Below are positions 17,176-26,290 of a DNA stretch of 34,417 bases, piece by piece (position 1 is the first letter of the stretch; every line of letters starts with the position of its first letter). Source of the DNA: Promethearchaeota archaeon (GTDB taxonomy: Archaea > Asgardarchaeota > Hermodarchaeia > Hermodarchaeales > Hermodarchaeaceae); NCBI GenBank assembly GCA_048939245.1, contig JBHLPR010000011.1, forward strand, positions 1 to 34,417. Direction: 5' to 3'. The notes below the pieces were generated by a model. It did not search any database. It had not been told where the DNA came from and saw nothing but the letters and a program-made list of their open reading frames with translations. The position numbers were made by a program, and so were the translations under genes.

Positions 17176-17222
17176 CAAATTTAAAAGCTTGTACGCTGCA
17201 TGCATGAACCGGCGGTATTAGA

Positions 17223-17996
17223 ATGATAAGTCCAGGCCCGACATGGAAAAGCCTCCTCAAGACCATCGAAGAGGCAGGTGTGGCACACCTCACGCTCATT
17301 GATCCTGATCCTATGAAACAATCAGCGGTTGTTGCAGGTAAGATTGCTAAATTTGCGGAGCAGGCTGGAAGTAATGGTATAATGGTTGGGGGATCAACAG
17401 CATTTGGGATTATTGATGAATCAGTGGAAGAAATCAAAAAACAGGTTGATATTCCAGTAATCCTGTTCCCAGGCAACGTATCAGGCCTTTCCCACTCTGC
17501 CGACGCAGTCTTTTTCATGAGTCTCTTGAATTCGCGCACAACCTACTGGATGATTGATGCACAAACTCTTGCGGCACGTCACATTAAAAGTTACAATCTT
17601 GAACCCATTTCGATGGCGTATCTTGTTGTCCATCCTGGAGGGACTGCAGGATTTGTAGGGGATGCACGACTTCTCCCTAGAGACAAACCGGAAATTGCGC
17701 TAGGCTATTCATTAGCAGCTCAATATATGGGGTTTCGACTACTCTACTTAGAGGCAGGGTCCGGCGCAGATAATACAGTTCCCCTCCCAATGATTAAACT
17801 AGTTTCAAGCAAAGTTGATATTCCTTTGGCGATAGGCGGAGGAATCAATTCCCCGGATCAAGCAGCCGCCTTATGCAACGCTGGGGCCGATATTATTATT
17901 CAAGGAACCATTATTGAACAGACAATTTTGGAGGATAAAGGGAAGCTACTCTCTAAGACAGTCGAAGCAATGCAGAACGCGAAAAAGAAAAAATAA
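17223..17996 (+). CDS. Geranylgeranylglyceryl phosphate synthase (group II)
   Basis: LTLIDPD, MVGGST, ILFPG, FMSLLNS, YLEAGSGA, GGGI, and aromatic anchor GGTAGFVG. Confidence 0.93.
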   Translation: MISPGPTWKSLLKTIEEAGVAHLTLIDPDPMKQSAVVAGKIAKFAEQAGSNGIMVGGSTAFGIIDESVEEIKKQVDIPVILFPGNVSGLSHSADAVFFMSLLNSRTTYWMIDAQTLAARHIKSYNLEPISMAYLVVHPGGTAGFVGDARLLPRDKPEIALGYSLAAQYMGFRLLYLEAGSGADNTVPLPMIKLVSSKVDIPLAIGGGINSPDQAAALCNAGADIIIQGTIIEQTILEDKGKLLSKTVEAMQNAKKKK

Positions 17997-18014
17997 TGAA
18001 TATCCCCCTGATTT

Positions 18015-18302
18015 TCACCCACCACCGATTGGTGGAAAAATTGCTACGACATCTCCTTCAGAGAGAGGAGTTTGTAATCCTTGTTGGAGTCTAACATGTC
18101 GTCCATTGACGAGGACATGAAAGTATGATTTGAGTGATCCGTCTGGCTCCAAAACCATTTTGTCAAATTTTTCTCCGAATTGCTTGCTTAGAGTGTTAAT
18201 GACTTCTTGAACATCTTCTGCCTTTAGTTGGGTTTCGCGGATTCCAGTGAGGGCTCTTAAACTAGTAAACATGCGAACAGTGACTTGGGCCTTCTTGGTC
18301 AT
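18015..18302 (-). CDS. moaD: MoaD/SAMP ubiquitin-like sulfur carrier
   Basis: Beta-grasp pattern V.VRMF..LR..G, VLVNG, L.EGD.VAIFPPIGGG*. Confidence 0.88.
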   Translation of the reverse strand: MTKKAQVTVRMFTSLRALTGIRETQLKAEDVQEVINTLSKQFGEKFDKMVLEPDGSLKSYFHVLVNGRHVRLQQGLQTPLSEGDVVAIFPPIGGG

Positions 18303-18317
18303 TTGGATTCATTCACC

Positions 18318-19508
18318 TTATCCAGTCGTCTCGAATGATAGAGCGCGATGGGGGCAGATACTTACGCAAACGCCACAGCCATAACAGAGTTTAGGATCCA
18401 CTTGGGCCTTAGATGTTTGGGGATTAACGGTGATGGCTGAGTAGGTACAGGATTTTGCGCATAATCCACACCCTGAGCAGGCGTCATTATCTACGGTGGG
18501 AGGTAGACTTTCGATTCGGAGAGTTTCAGTAGGCAGATGTTTGAGAGCCGCCCCCTGAACATCGAGTGGTGAATCGTGTCCATGGGATTTGAGGAACTCA
18601 GCCATTTCGTTAGCGATGCGTCCATAAACGGAATTTCCTTCTAATATAGCGGCGGTACAGACTTGCACAGCCGTGGCGCCGCACATAAGAAATTCGATAG
18701 CGTCTTCGCCTGTGCTAACACCTCCAACGCCAATAACAGGTTTAGACGTGCCTCGAGCAATATCAGCGACACAACGAACGGCAAGAGGTTTGATAGCTGG
18801 ACCGGATAACCAACCAACACCACCTGGCCCCCCAAGCAGTGGACGCCCGGTTTCGATATCAATGTGAAGACAGGGACCTAGCGTATTGATTGCTACGAAG
18901 CCATCAACATACCTATCTACCGCTTTAGTAAATACAGTCAAGTCTTTGACATGAGGACTCATTTTTGCAAAGACGGGAATATCTACGGCTTCTTTCAGCG
19001 TTTTTGCTACTTCGTTGAAGACTTTTGGATCAGTTTCAATATAATGGGTGCTAAATTCGATGCCATCGACACCTGCTTGCTCGACAAGTGGTGCAAGTGT
19101 TTTTAGTTCGTCTGGAGTGTAACCAACCGATGCTATGAGAGAAAGACCTGCTTCCTTTGCCCGCGGATATTCGTGCTTGAGCCATTTTTTGTAGGACTTA
19201 TCACTCCACAATTCATGATTTAGTAAACCGTATGCCCCACGCACGTTGATGCGTTCAAAATGTACAATTTTATTTTGCATCGCTGTGGCTAGTATCCATC
19301 GGCTTTTCCCACGATCAAGTGTTTGCATGTTGGGACGGGGAACCTCTGCAGGTTTCACACTGATTGTTTTTGCAACCAACCCACCGACGCCGCCCCGAGC
19401 TGCCTTCAAAAGGATCTCTGCATCTCGACTTGTCGGACCGGCAGCAGTTAATACCGGATTCCGGAGGGCGATTCCAGCAATATCCACACCTAAATTCATA
19501 GTCATCAT
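18318..19508 (-). CDS. Dihydropyrimidine/dihydroorotate dehydrogenase (PreA)-like FMN protein with a C-terminal 2x[4Fe-4S] domain
   Basis: LRNP...AAGP, KTI, N.ELWS, AINT, SGPAIKP, GVGG, VQVCTA; CSGCGLC..SC and CYGCGVC..ICP. The canonical NxSCP loop is absent. Confidence 0.85.
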   Translation of the reverse strand: MMTMNLGVDIAGIALRNPVLTAAGPTSRDAEILLKAARGGVGGLVAKTISVKPAEVPRPNMQTLDRGKSRWILATAMQNKIVHFERINVRGAYGLLNHELWSDKSYKKWLKHEYPRAKEAGLSLIASVGYTPDELKTLAPLVEQAGVDGIEFSTHYIETDPKVFNEVAKTLKEAVDIPVFAKMSPHVKDLTVFTKAVDRYVDGFVAINTLGPCLHIDIETGRPLLGGPGGVGWLSGPAIKPLAVRCVADIARGTSKPVIGVGGVSTGEDAIEFLMCGATAVQVCTAAILEGNSVYGRIANEMAEFLKSHGHDSPLDVQGAALKHLPTETLRIESLPPTVDNDACSGCGLCAKSCTYSAITVNPQTSKAQVDPKLCYGCGVCVSICPHRALSFETTG

Positions 19509-21442
19509 TCTTCAACCAACTTTCCTATTTTCGCAAGGTAATCCGCTACATCGTCTAAACCTAAGCGTACCAGTTCAGACCGTTTCGGAAGTCCATCCTT
19601 TGTCCAGTTTCGAACTTCGTAATATTCATCAAGCATTGGATCGAGATCACACACCTGACCTTTTGCAGGGCCGTCGGGAATAGGTTCTTCGGTAAACCGT
19701 GGATGAAGCTGCTCCTTTTCCCGAGTGACGCCTTCTCGGACATTAAAACAGCGTCGGAGATTACTAATCCGTTCAGCTATTGTTCTTAGCCCTTTAACAT
19801 CGCCAAATTCATCAAAGCCGGTGAGAGGACCTAACATTTCAGCAATGATATCAAAATAGTAGACCGGGGGCCACATAGTCCCATATTTGCAGAGAATTAC
19901 GCTATCGACAATTACGTAAAGGTCCTCTTGATCCTTTATTAGATGTCCTTTGTAAGCGGTGCTGTGTAAATCCATCACTTCTGAGGCGTGTTCTTCCCCA
20001 AATCGTTCGATTGCCACATCAGGAAAACCGAGTTCTTCGTAGCAGCTAAGGCTGCGGAGATGATCAGCGCCACGTACATTGGTGGCATAGGTTAACCCTA
20101 CACTCTGTTGTGGGCGGGGATCTTGACCTGAAGCCTCCATTCCTTTCACATGAATAGCGAAGCGCTCTGCTCCCTTTCCGATTTTCTGAGCAGCCCGCAT
20201 AGACCCTTCAGCCAGTAAATCACCTATTCCCTCACGTTTAGCAATCTTTTCGGTAAGGGCAATTATTGTTTCCTCCTTACCCCAGGAGAGGTCTAAGCCA
20301 TCAGCTTCCTTAGATGTGATAAGCCCATGTTCAGCAGCTTCCATTAAGAAAGCAATAGTACAACCGGTACTAATCGTATCTAATCCATAACGATTGCAAA
20401 GCTGATTCGCATAAAGAATTGATTCGATATTACTATTCAAACAGTTACTGCCAAATGCCATGAGGGTCTCATATTCTGGTCCCCCGGTCATCACCTGATA
20501 TGGACCAGATTTCACCTGGGATGTGAATTTGCATTGAAGAGCACACCCAAAACAGGATTCCCGACTTGTTCGATATTTTTTACGGATAGTTTCGGGTCCA
20601 ATGGCATCAGCATCAGGATAAACTCCAGTAGTATGATTTTTCGTGGGCAGTCGACCAATCTCTCCTATGGTTGTAACAAGGTTTGTTGTACCATATTTTC
20701 CAAGAGATTCCTCGTTCATTTCCCCCCACTTCCCGGTTGTCATCCGATCATAGCCCTTCCGTGCAGCAGCCAAGAATTTTCCGTGCTGGGCAACCTTTAC
20801 CCCACCAAATCCTCGAGCAGCGACCGCTTTTAGATTCTTACTCCCCATCACAGCTCCTCCCCCTGCCCGACCTGCCGCCCGATAATAAGAGCCTATGATG
20901 GCTGCGTAACGGACGCCATTTTCACCAGCTATTCCGATGGAAGCAACCTCGATGTCATTATCACCATGCTCTTCTTTGATGAGATCTGTGGTCTCGGTAG
21001 TATCCCGCGTCCATAGATGGGTCGCATCGTGGATAGTCACGTTCTCATCTTGCACCATAAGATAAACCGGTTTAGGTGCTTTACCTTGAATAATCAGCAT
21101 ATCAAATCCAGCGTACTTGAGTTGAGGCCCCCAATGCCCCCCACAGTGTGCTTCACCCCATACGCCGGTTAGAGGAGACTTAAAAGCCACCATAAAGCGT
21201 CCCGAAGGCGAAAAGAAGGCGCCAGTAACAGGACCTACTCCGAAAATTAATGGATTCTGCGGGTCTAAGGGATCCGTACCCGGTTTTACTCGATCCCATA
21301 AAATCCGGGAAGCAAAGCCGGTTCCACCTAAGTACGTCTTTGCAAATTCAGTATCCAATGCTTGTATTTCTACTTCAGATTTCGTTAGATCGATATCTGC
21401 AATTCTTCCAGCATATCCAAAGTATTCATTGCGCTTTGTCAT
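19505..21442 (-). CDS. Tungsten-dependent aldehyde:ferredoxin oxidoreductase family protein (paralog 2)
   Basis: KSPLTG, LKYAGFD, MGSKNLKA, CFGCALQC, EYET, GLDTIS, RGADHL, ILCKY. Confidence 0.93.
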   Translation of the reverse strand: MTKRNEYFGYAGRIADIDLTKSEVEIQALDTEFAKTYLGGTGFASRILWDRVKPGTDPLDPQNPLIFGVGPVTGAFFSPSGRFMVAFKSPLTGVWGEAHCGGHWGPQLKYAGFDMLIIQGKAPKPVYLMVQDENVTIHDATHLWTRDTTETTDLIKEEHGDNDIEVASIGIAGENGVRYAAIIGSYYRAAGRAGGGAVMGSKNLKAVAARGFGGVKVAQHGKFLAAARKGYDRMTTGKWGEMNEESLGKYGTTNLVTTIGEIGRLPTKNHTTGVYPDADAIGPETIRKKYRTSRESCFGCALQCKFTSQVKSGPYQVMTGGPEYETLMAFGSNCLNSNIESILYANQLCNRYGLDTISTGCTIAFLMEAAEHGLITSKEADGLDLSWGKEETIIALTEKIAKREGIGDLLAEGSMRAAQKIGKGAERFAIHVKGMEASGQDPRPQQSVGLTYATNVRGADHLRSLSCYEELGFPDVAIERFGEEHASEVMDLHSTAYKGHLIKDQEDLYVIVDSVILCKYGTMWPPVYYFDIIAEMLGPLTGFDEFGDVKGLRTIAERISNLRRCFNVREGVTREKEQLHPRFTEEPIPDGPAKGQVCDLDPMLDEYYEVRNWTKDGLPKRSELVRLGLDDVADYLAKIGKLVEE

Positions 21443-21945
21443 CCTTTCGCACCTCCAGTAATCACGTGAAGATAATCAGCAGCTTGTTTTACGCCTTTTT
21501 CACGGAGCCGCTTAGTCAACTCACCTGGTTCAATGTATAACAAGGCCCCTCTAGGACAAAATTGGGCACACATCGCATACCCTTCGCATAAGTCACATTT
21601 GACTGTGCGCCCATCCGTGGGATCTATATGAATTCCACCAAAGGGACAAGCGATAAGGCATTGATGACAGCCAATACAGTTCTTCTGTGTGATGCAAACG
21701 GCATTGGTGTTGGGATCTCGATAAATAGCATCAGCAGGACAACTTTCCATACATAATGGGGTTTCACAATGCTGACAGATTACTGGGATGTTAATTCCGG
21801 TTTTTTCATCGCGTATAATCGTAAGTAGCGCCCGAGCAGGATTGTACTCTTGATTGTGACGGAAGGAGCAAACCAGTGTACAAATCCCACACCCTGTACA
21901 TTTCTCCGGGTCAACGACTAGAACTTTGTGAGATGACTTGTTCAT
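21439..21945 (-). CDS. 4x[4Fe-4S] ferredoxin-like subunit of AOR-2
   Basis: CTGCGICTLVC, CQHC..PLCMESCP, CIGCHQCLIACP, KCDLC....CAQFCP. ATGA overlap with AOR-2. Confidence 0.9.
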   Translation of the reverse strand: MNKSSHKVLVVDPEKCTGCGICTLVCSFRHNQEYNPARALLTIIRDEKTGINIPVICQHCETPLCMESCPADAIYRDPNTNAVCITQKNCIGCHQCLIACPFGGIHIDPTDGRTVKCDLCEGYAMCAQFCPRGALLYIEPGELTKRLREKGVKQAADYLHVITGGAKG

Positions 21946-21976
21946 GGGAATACACGCCCTGAAAAATGGGACATGG

Positions 21977-21991
21977 AAGCCTTAAAGGCTT
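21977..21991. promoter_or_regulatory. Palindromic TATA-like element in a divergent promoter
   Basis: AAGCCT-TAA-AGGCTT lies between the divergent starts at 21945 and 22040. Confidence 0.55.
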
Positions 21992-22039
21992 ACTCGATTA
22001 CCATATTCATCAATTACCCTATGTTGGAAGCGAATACTG

Positions 22040-23371
22040 ATGCGGACATTGATCAAAAACGCGGTAATTGTTACGATGGATAATCAACGCCGGGTCCTAG
22101 AGGACACAGACCTTCTTATAGATGGGATTAAAATTAAGGCGATTGGTAAAAGCCTCAAAGAATCTGCTGACCAGGTGATTGATGGGACTGGGCGAATGGT
22201 GCTGCCTGGATTCATCTGTGGGCACACCCATCTATATGGAATCATGCTCCGGGGAGCCCCATTGGATATTAAACCTACCACTGATTTTCTCCAAATTCTC
22301 GATCGTATTTGGTGGAAGGTGGACTCTGCATTTGTAAATGAAGACGCGTATGCGAGTGCTCTTGCCGCCTGTTATGAGTTTCTTCGCAGTGGAACTACCT
22401 GTTTTGCCGATACCTATTCTGGACCAGGGTCCATTGAAGGTGTTTTGGATGCTATCGCGAAGGGTGTTACTGAAACCGGGATGCGGGGAATTCTTGCATT
22501 CGAAGCCACGGAAAGGAATTCGAAGAAGGAAGGAGAGCGAGGGCTCAAAGAGAATGTCCGATTTATCACGAAACTCCAAAAAACCCCAAACAATTTGCTC
22601 TCAGGGATGTACAGCTTACATGCCTCCTTTACCCTAAGTGATGAGTTAATCATAAAAACCAGGGAGAAAGCAGATGAGCTCCCAGCACCCCTGACGATTC
22701 ATACAAGTGAAGGGCTCATTGATGTATACCACAACATCGAAAGGTATGATAAACGCACGGTCGAACGACTCTTTGACCTTGGAGTACTTGGAACCGATGT
22801 GGTTCTAGCTCATTGTGTTCATGTCAATCACGACGAGCTTGAGTTGATTAAAGGAAGCGGGGCTATAGTTGCCCATAATCCCATGAGTAATATGAACAAT
22901 GCCGTGGGAACGAGTCCTGTGAAGGAAATGTATGAGTTGGGCATTCCAGTTTGTTTGGGGAACGATGGATTCATTTTCGATGCCATGGAAAATATCCGCA
23001 CAGCGTTCCTTGTCCATAAATTACATCACCACGATACCCGAGTAACCACACCTCAGCAAATTATTGAGATGGCAACCATTAATGGGGCCCAAGCATATGG
23101 TCTAGGAAACAAGCTTGGTTCCATCGAACAGGGAAAACTAGCAGACATTGTTATGCTTCACCCCAATCCCCGGGTTACACCGATTCTCCCTAGCGGAATT
23201 TATGGTTATCTTGTCTATGGCTGTACTGCACATGAGGTTGAGCATGTGTTCGTAAATGGTAGACAAGTGGTCGAAGACCACCAAGTAGTGTCGGTGAAAG
23301 CAGAAGTTGTTGAAAAGGCACTTGAACGGGTCGTTCCTAAACTCTGGGAGAAGCTGGGAATTAACGTTTAA
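22040..23371 (+). CDS. SsnA-like amidohydrolase
   Basis: PGFICGHTHLY..LRG, SLHASFTLSD, IHTSEG, AHCVH, HNPMSNMNNAVG, LGNDG. These motifs are closest to the SsnA subfamily. Confidence 0.8.
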   Translation: MRTLIKNAVIVTMDNQRRVLEDTDLLIDGIKIKAIGKSLKESADQVIDGTGRMVLPGFICGHTHLYGIMLRGAPLDIKPTTDFLQILDRIWWKVDSAFVNEDAYASALAACYEFLRSGTTCFADTYSGPGSIEGVLDAIAKGVTETGMRGILAFEATERNSKKEGERGLKENVRFITKLQKTPNNLLSGMYSLHASFTLSDELIIKTREKADELPAPLTIHTSEGLIDVYHNIERYDKRTVERLFDLGVLGTDVVLAHCVHVNHDELELIKGSGAIVAHNPMSNMNNAVGTSPVKEMYELGIPVCLGNDGFIFDAMENIRTAFLVHKLHHHDTRVTTPQQIIEMATINGAQAYGLGNKLGSIEQGKLADIVMLHPNPRVTPILPSGIYGYLVYGCTAHEVEHVFVNGRQVVEDHQVVSVKAEVVEKALERVVPKLWEKLGINV

Positions 23372-23661
23372 CTCAAAAACTGACCACCCGCAACTGGTGG
23401 GAATAGTGCAATGATGTCTCCATCGGAGAGCGCAGTATCAAGACCCTGTAATACGTGTAGTCCACGACCATTCACGAGAACCTTGATGTAGCGATGCAAT
23501 TGACCCTCTTTATCAAAGATTGTGTTACAGAATTTACTCCCTTGCTCTTCACAAAGCTGATTTAACAGATCCAGCACCGTGCGCCCTTTGAAATTAACCG
23601 TAAGTTGTTGAAAACCAAACCGCTCAGAAAAAGGTCCAATGGTCCGAACAATGACATGCAT
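23368..23661 (-). CDS. moaD: MoaD/SAMP ubiquitin-like protein with a short extension after GG
   Basis: TVLDLL..L, VLVNG, L.DGD.IALFPPVAGG-QFLS*. Confidence 0.8.
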   Translation of the reverse strand: MHVIVRTIGPFSERFGFQQLTVNFKGRTVLDLLNQLCEEQGSKFCNTIFDKEGQLHRYIKVLVNGRGLHVLQGLDTALSDGDIIALFPPVAGGQFLS

Positions 23662-23778
23662 AATATAGCTTCTCCTTTCACCGCAAACCTCCTGTAACTC
23701 AAAAACATGCTGGTTTCCTTATTTCCAGATAATCCCAACGCTTAATAGGAGTGAACAGCATGCTCAGTGCTGATTCAG

Positions 23779-25170
23779 ATGGCGGATTTGATAATCGACG
23801 GAGCAACCGTCATAACCGTAGATCCACAACGTCGAATCATTTCTGACGGAGCAGTGGTTGTCGATGACCAAAGAATCATTGCTGTGGGAAAATCCTATGA
23901 AATCAAGCAGCAATACAGCGCGGACACTCGAATTTCAGGGAAAAACAAGATTCTCCTCCCCGGTCTTGTCGATTGTCACGTACACCTTGCTCAAGCCCTA
24001 ATTCGGGGTACGGCAGATGACGTGGACCTCATCCCTTGGCTTCGCGATTACGTTTGGGTTTTACAAGGCAATTTTACTCCCGAAGATGGAAAAGTTAGTG
24101 CCGAACTCTGTATTGCCGAGATGCTCAAATCGGGTACAACCAGTTTCCTGGAAAGCATGATTCACAAACGCTATGGGTTCGAGGGGATTGCACGGGTTGT
24201 CGAAAAAACAGGGATACGGGGGTGTTTATCAAAGCTCTTCATGGATTGGACCGGCTACGCAGACGAAGAAGCCATCATGTATGAAGGAATGATTGAGGAC
24301 CCCGAGGAATGCATCGCTGAAACGCTTTCGATGCATACAAAATGGCAGGGAGCCGCCGAGGGACGGATCTTCATCTGGTGGGGTGCCCGAACACCGGGAG
24401 CAGTTAGCCCGGAATTATATCGCCGGGTTGCAGACCTCTCACAGAAACGCCACATGAGGATTACTATGCATCTGGGGGAAGTAAAGGAAGACGTAGAGTA
24501 TACAAAATCCCAATTCAATCAGCTACCAGCAGAGTTTGCCAATGAAGTGGGTATGATGGGAGAAAACTGCGTCTTAGTACACGGGGTGTGGATTAGTCCT
24601 CAGGAATTCCCGATTTATGTTGAAACAGGCACGCATATGTGTCATTGCCCAGCAAGCAATTCGAAATTAGCCTCCGGAATTGCACCAATTCCGGAAATGT
24701 TAGACGCTGGAATCAATGTCTGCTTGGGATGTGATGGAGGACCGAGTAATAATGCCTATGATATGTTCCGTGAAATGTTTCTTGCAGCAGTAATTCATAA
24801 AGCACGAACCTTAGATCCTTTGACGATGCCTGCAGAAACAGTGCTGGAAATGGCCACAATCAATGGGGCTAAAGCCATAGGATTGGAAAAGGAAATTGGA
24901 AGTATAGAAGTGGGAAAGCGGGCAGACTTGGTTATGGTAGACACGACACAGTTGAATCTCGCTCCCACCTATAATCCCGTCAGTAATATCATATACGCAG
25001 CCAACGGTTTCGATGTATATACAACAATTGTCAATGGACAAATCCTTGTCCACGAAGGCAAGCTTCTAACTTTGGACGAAGAGAAAGTCATTGAGAATGC
25101 CAGGATACACGGACAGAAACTACTGGAGCGAGCAGAGGTTAAGATTCAAAGTCGATGGCAAACAAATTAA
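23779..25170 (+). CDS. Amidohydrolase, COG0402 nucleobase/nucleoside deaminase type
   Basis: DCHVHLAQALIRG, MHLGE, VHGVW, HCPASNSKLASG, GCDGGPSNN. The start is ATG 23779 or GTG 23767. Confidence 0.88.
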   Translation: MADLIIDGATVITVDPQRRIISDGAVVVDDQRIIAVGKSYEIKQQYSADTRISGKNKILLPGLVDCHVHLAQALIRGTADDVDLIPWLRDYVWVLQGNFTPEDGKVSAELCIAEMLKSGTTSFLESMIHKRYGFEGIARVVEKTGIRGCLSKLFMDWTGYADEEAIMYEGMIEDPEECIAETLSMHTKWQGAAEGRIFIWWGARTPGAVSPELYRRVADLSQKRHMRITMHLGEVKEDVEYTKSQFNQLPAEFANEVGMMGENCVLVHGVWISPQEFPIYVETGTHMCHCPASNSKLASGIAPIPEMLDAGINVCLGCDGGPSNNAYDMFREMFLAAVIHKARTLDPLTMPAETVLEMATINGAKAIGLEKEIGSIEVGKRADLVMVDTTQLNLAPTYNPVSNIIYAANGFDVYTTIVNGQILVHEGKLLTLDEEKVIENARIHGQKLLERAEVKIQSRWQTN

Positions 25171-25214
25171 AGGCGCTTTTGATTTTATTCGCAGTTAATT
25201 GAGGTGACTCTATA

Positions 25215-26282
25215 ATGGGTGCTGATATTGTTGGTAAATTCCATGGTCGCGACTGGTTGACTATTCAAGAATGGAACCAAGAAGAGCTACAAACACTAAT
25301 TGATGCAGCAATTGAAATGAAGAAATTACAAAAGGCGCGTGAACCACATGATTATCTTCTTCGTCAAACGTTATTCATGATTTTCTTTAATCGATCCTTA
25401 CGCACTCGAAACTCCTTTGAAGCGGGTATGACTCAGATGGGAGGTCATGCGCACTTTCTTTCCCCACAGGATGTGTATCGACCAGCGTTGCCAGACGATG
25501 AAGAAGCGTACACTAGCGAACGCATTTCTGATGTGGCACGAGTGCTTGCGCGAATGGGTGACGCGATTGCAATTCGAATTTATGGATCTCACGCTAAATG
25601 GATTTATGGTCGTGGTCATCGAATCCTGCGTGAATTTGCTAAGTGGTCCGATGTTCCTCTCATCAACATGGAAGATGATGTATATCATCCATGCCAAGCC
25701 ATGGCTGACATGCAAGCTATCCAAGAGCACACCCCAAAGGTCCAAGGTAAAAAATTTGTTATGAGTTGGGCATACAGTCCCAGCACACAGAAACCTCTCG
25801 CTGTCCCCCAGAGTGGCATTCTAATGGGTACGAAATGGGGTATGGACACTGTCCTTGCACATCCTAAGGGCTTTGAACTAGATCCAAAAATCATTGAGAT
25901 GTGTGAGAAGAATGTTGCCGAATATGGTGGCTCCTTTGAAATCATCAATGACATGGAAGAGGCTTTTACAGGTGCCCATTATGTATACCCAAAGTGTTGG
26001 ACCAGTAAACATCATATTCCTCCAATCGCTCCTGCTGAAGATTGGGAGGGATGCAAGAAGTTATTTGATGCAAATAAGGATTGGATAGCAACACCAGACA
26101 AAATGGATCTGGGTGCAAAAGATGTCAAATACATGCATTGCTTACCAGCTGACCGAGGATTCGAAGTAGCTGACGAAGTTTTGGATGGAAAATGGAGTAT
26201 TGCTTTTGATGAAGCTGAAAATCGACTTCACACCCAAAAAGCCGTCATGGCTGCAATTATGGGTGAACCTCAGAAGCGTTAA
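25215..26282 (+). CDS. YgeW-like (knotted-type) carbamoyltransferase, paralog 1
   Basis: SLRTRNSF, HPCQ, SWAYSPSTQKPLAVPQ (YgeW-like Pro-rich loop), HCLPADRG, EAENRLH. GAGGTGA SD. Confidence 0.85.
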   Translation: MGADIVGKFHGRDWLTIQEWNQEELQTLIDAAIEMKKLQKAREPHDYLLRQTLFMIFFNRSLRTRNSFEAGMTQMGGHAHFLSPQDVYRPALPDDEEAYTSERISDVARVLARMGDAIAIRIYGSHAKWIYGRGHRILREFAKWSDVPLINMEDDVYHPCQAMADMQAIQEHTPKVQGKKFVMSWAYSPSTQKPLAVPQSGILMGTKWGMDTVLAHPKGFELDPKIIEMCEKNVAEYGGSFEIINDMEEAFTGAHYVYPKCWTSKHHIPPIAPAEDWEGCKKLFDANKDWIATPDKMDLGAKDVKYMHCLPADRGFEVADEVLDGKWSIAFDEAENRLHTQKAVMAAIMGEPQKR

Positions 26283-26290
26283 TTGGACCT

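Noticed and set aside
18318-19508. pyrD call
   Set aside because: No NxSCP catalytic loop, a ferredoxin tail is present, and the context is catabolic.
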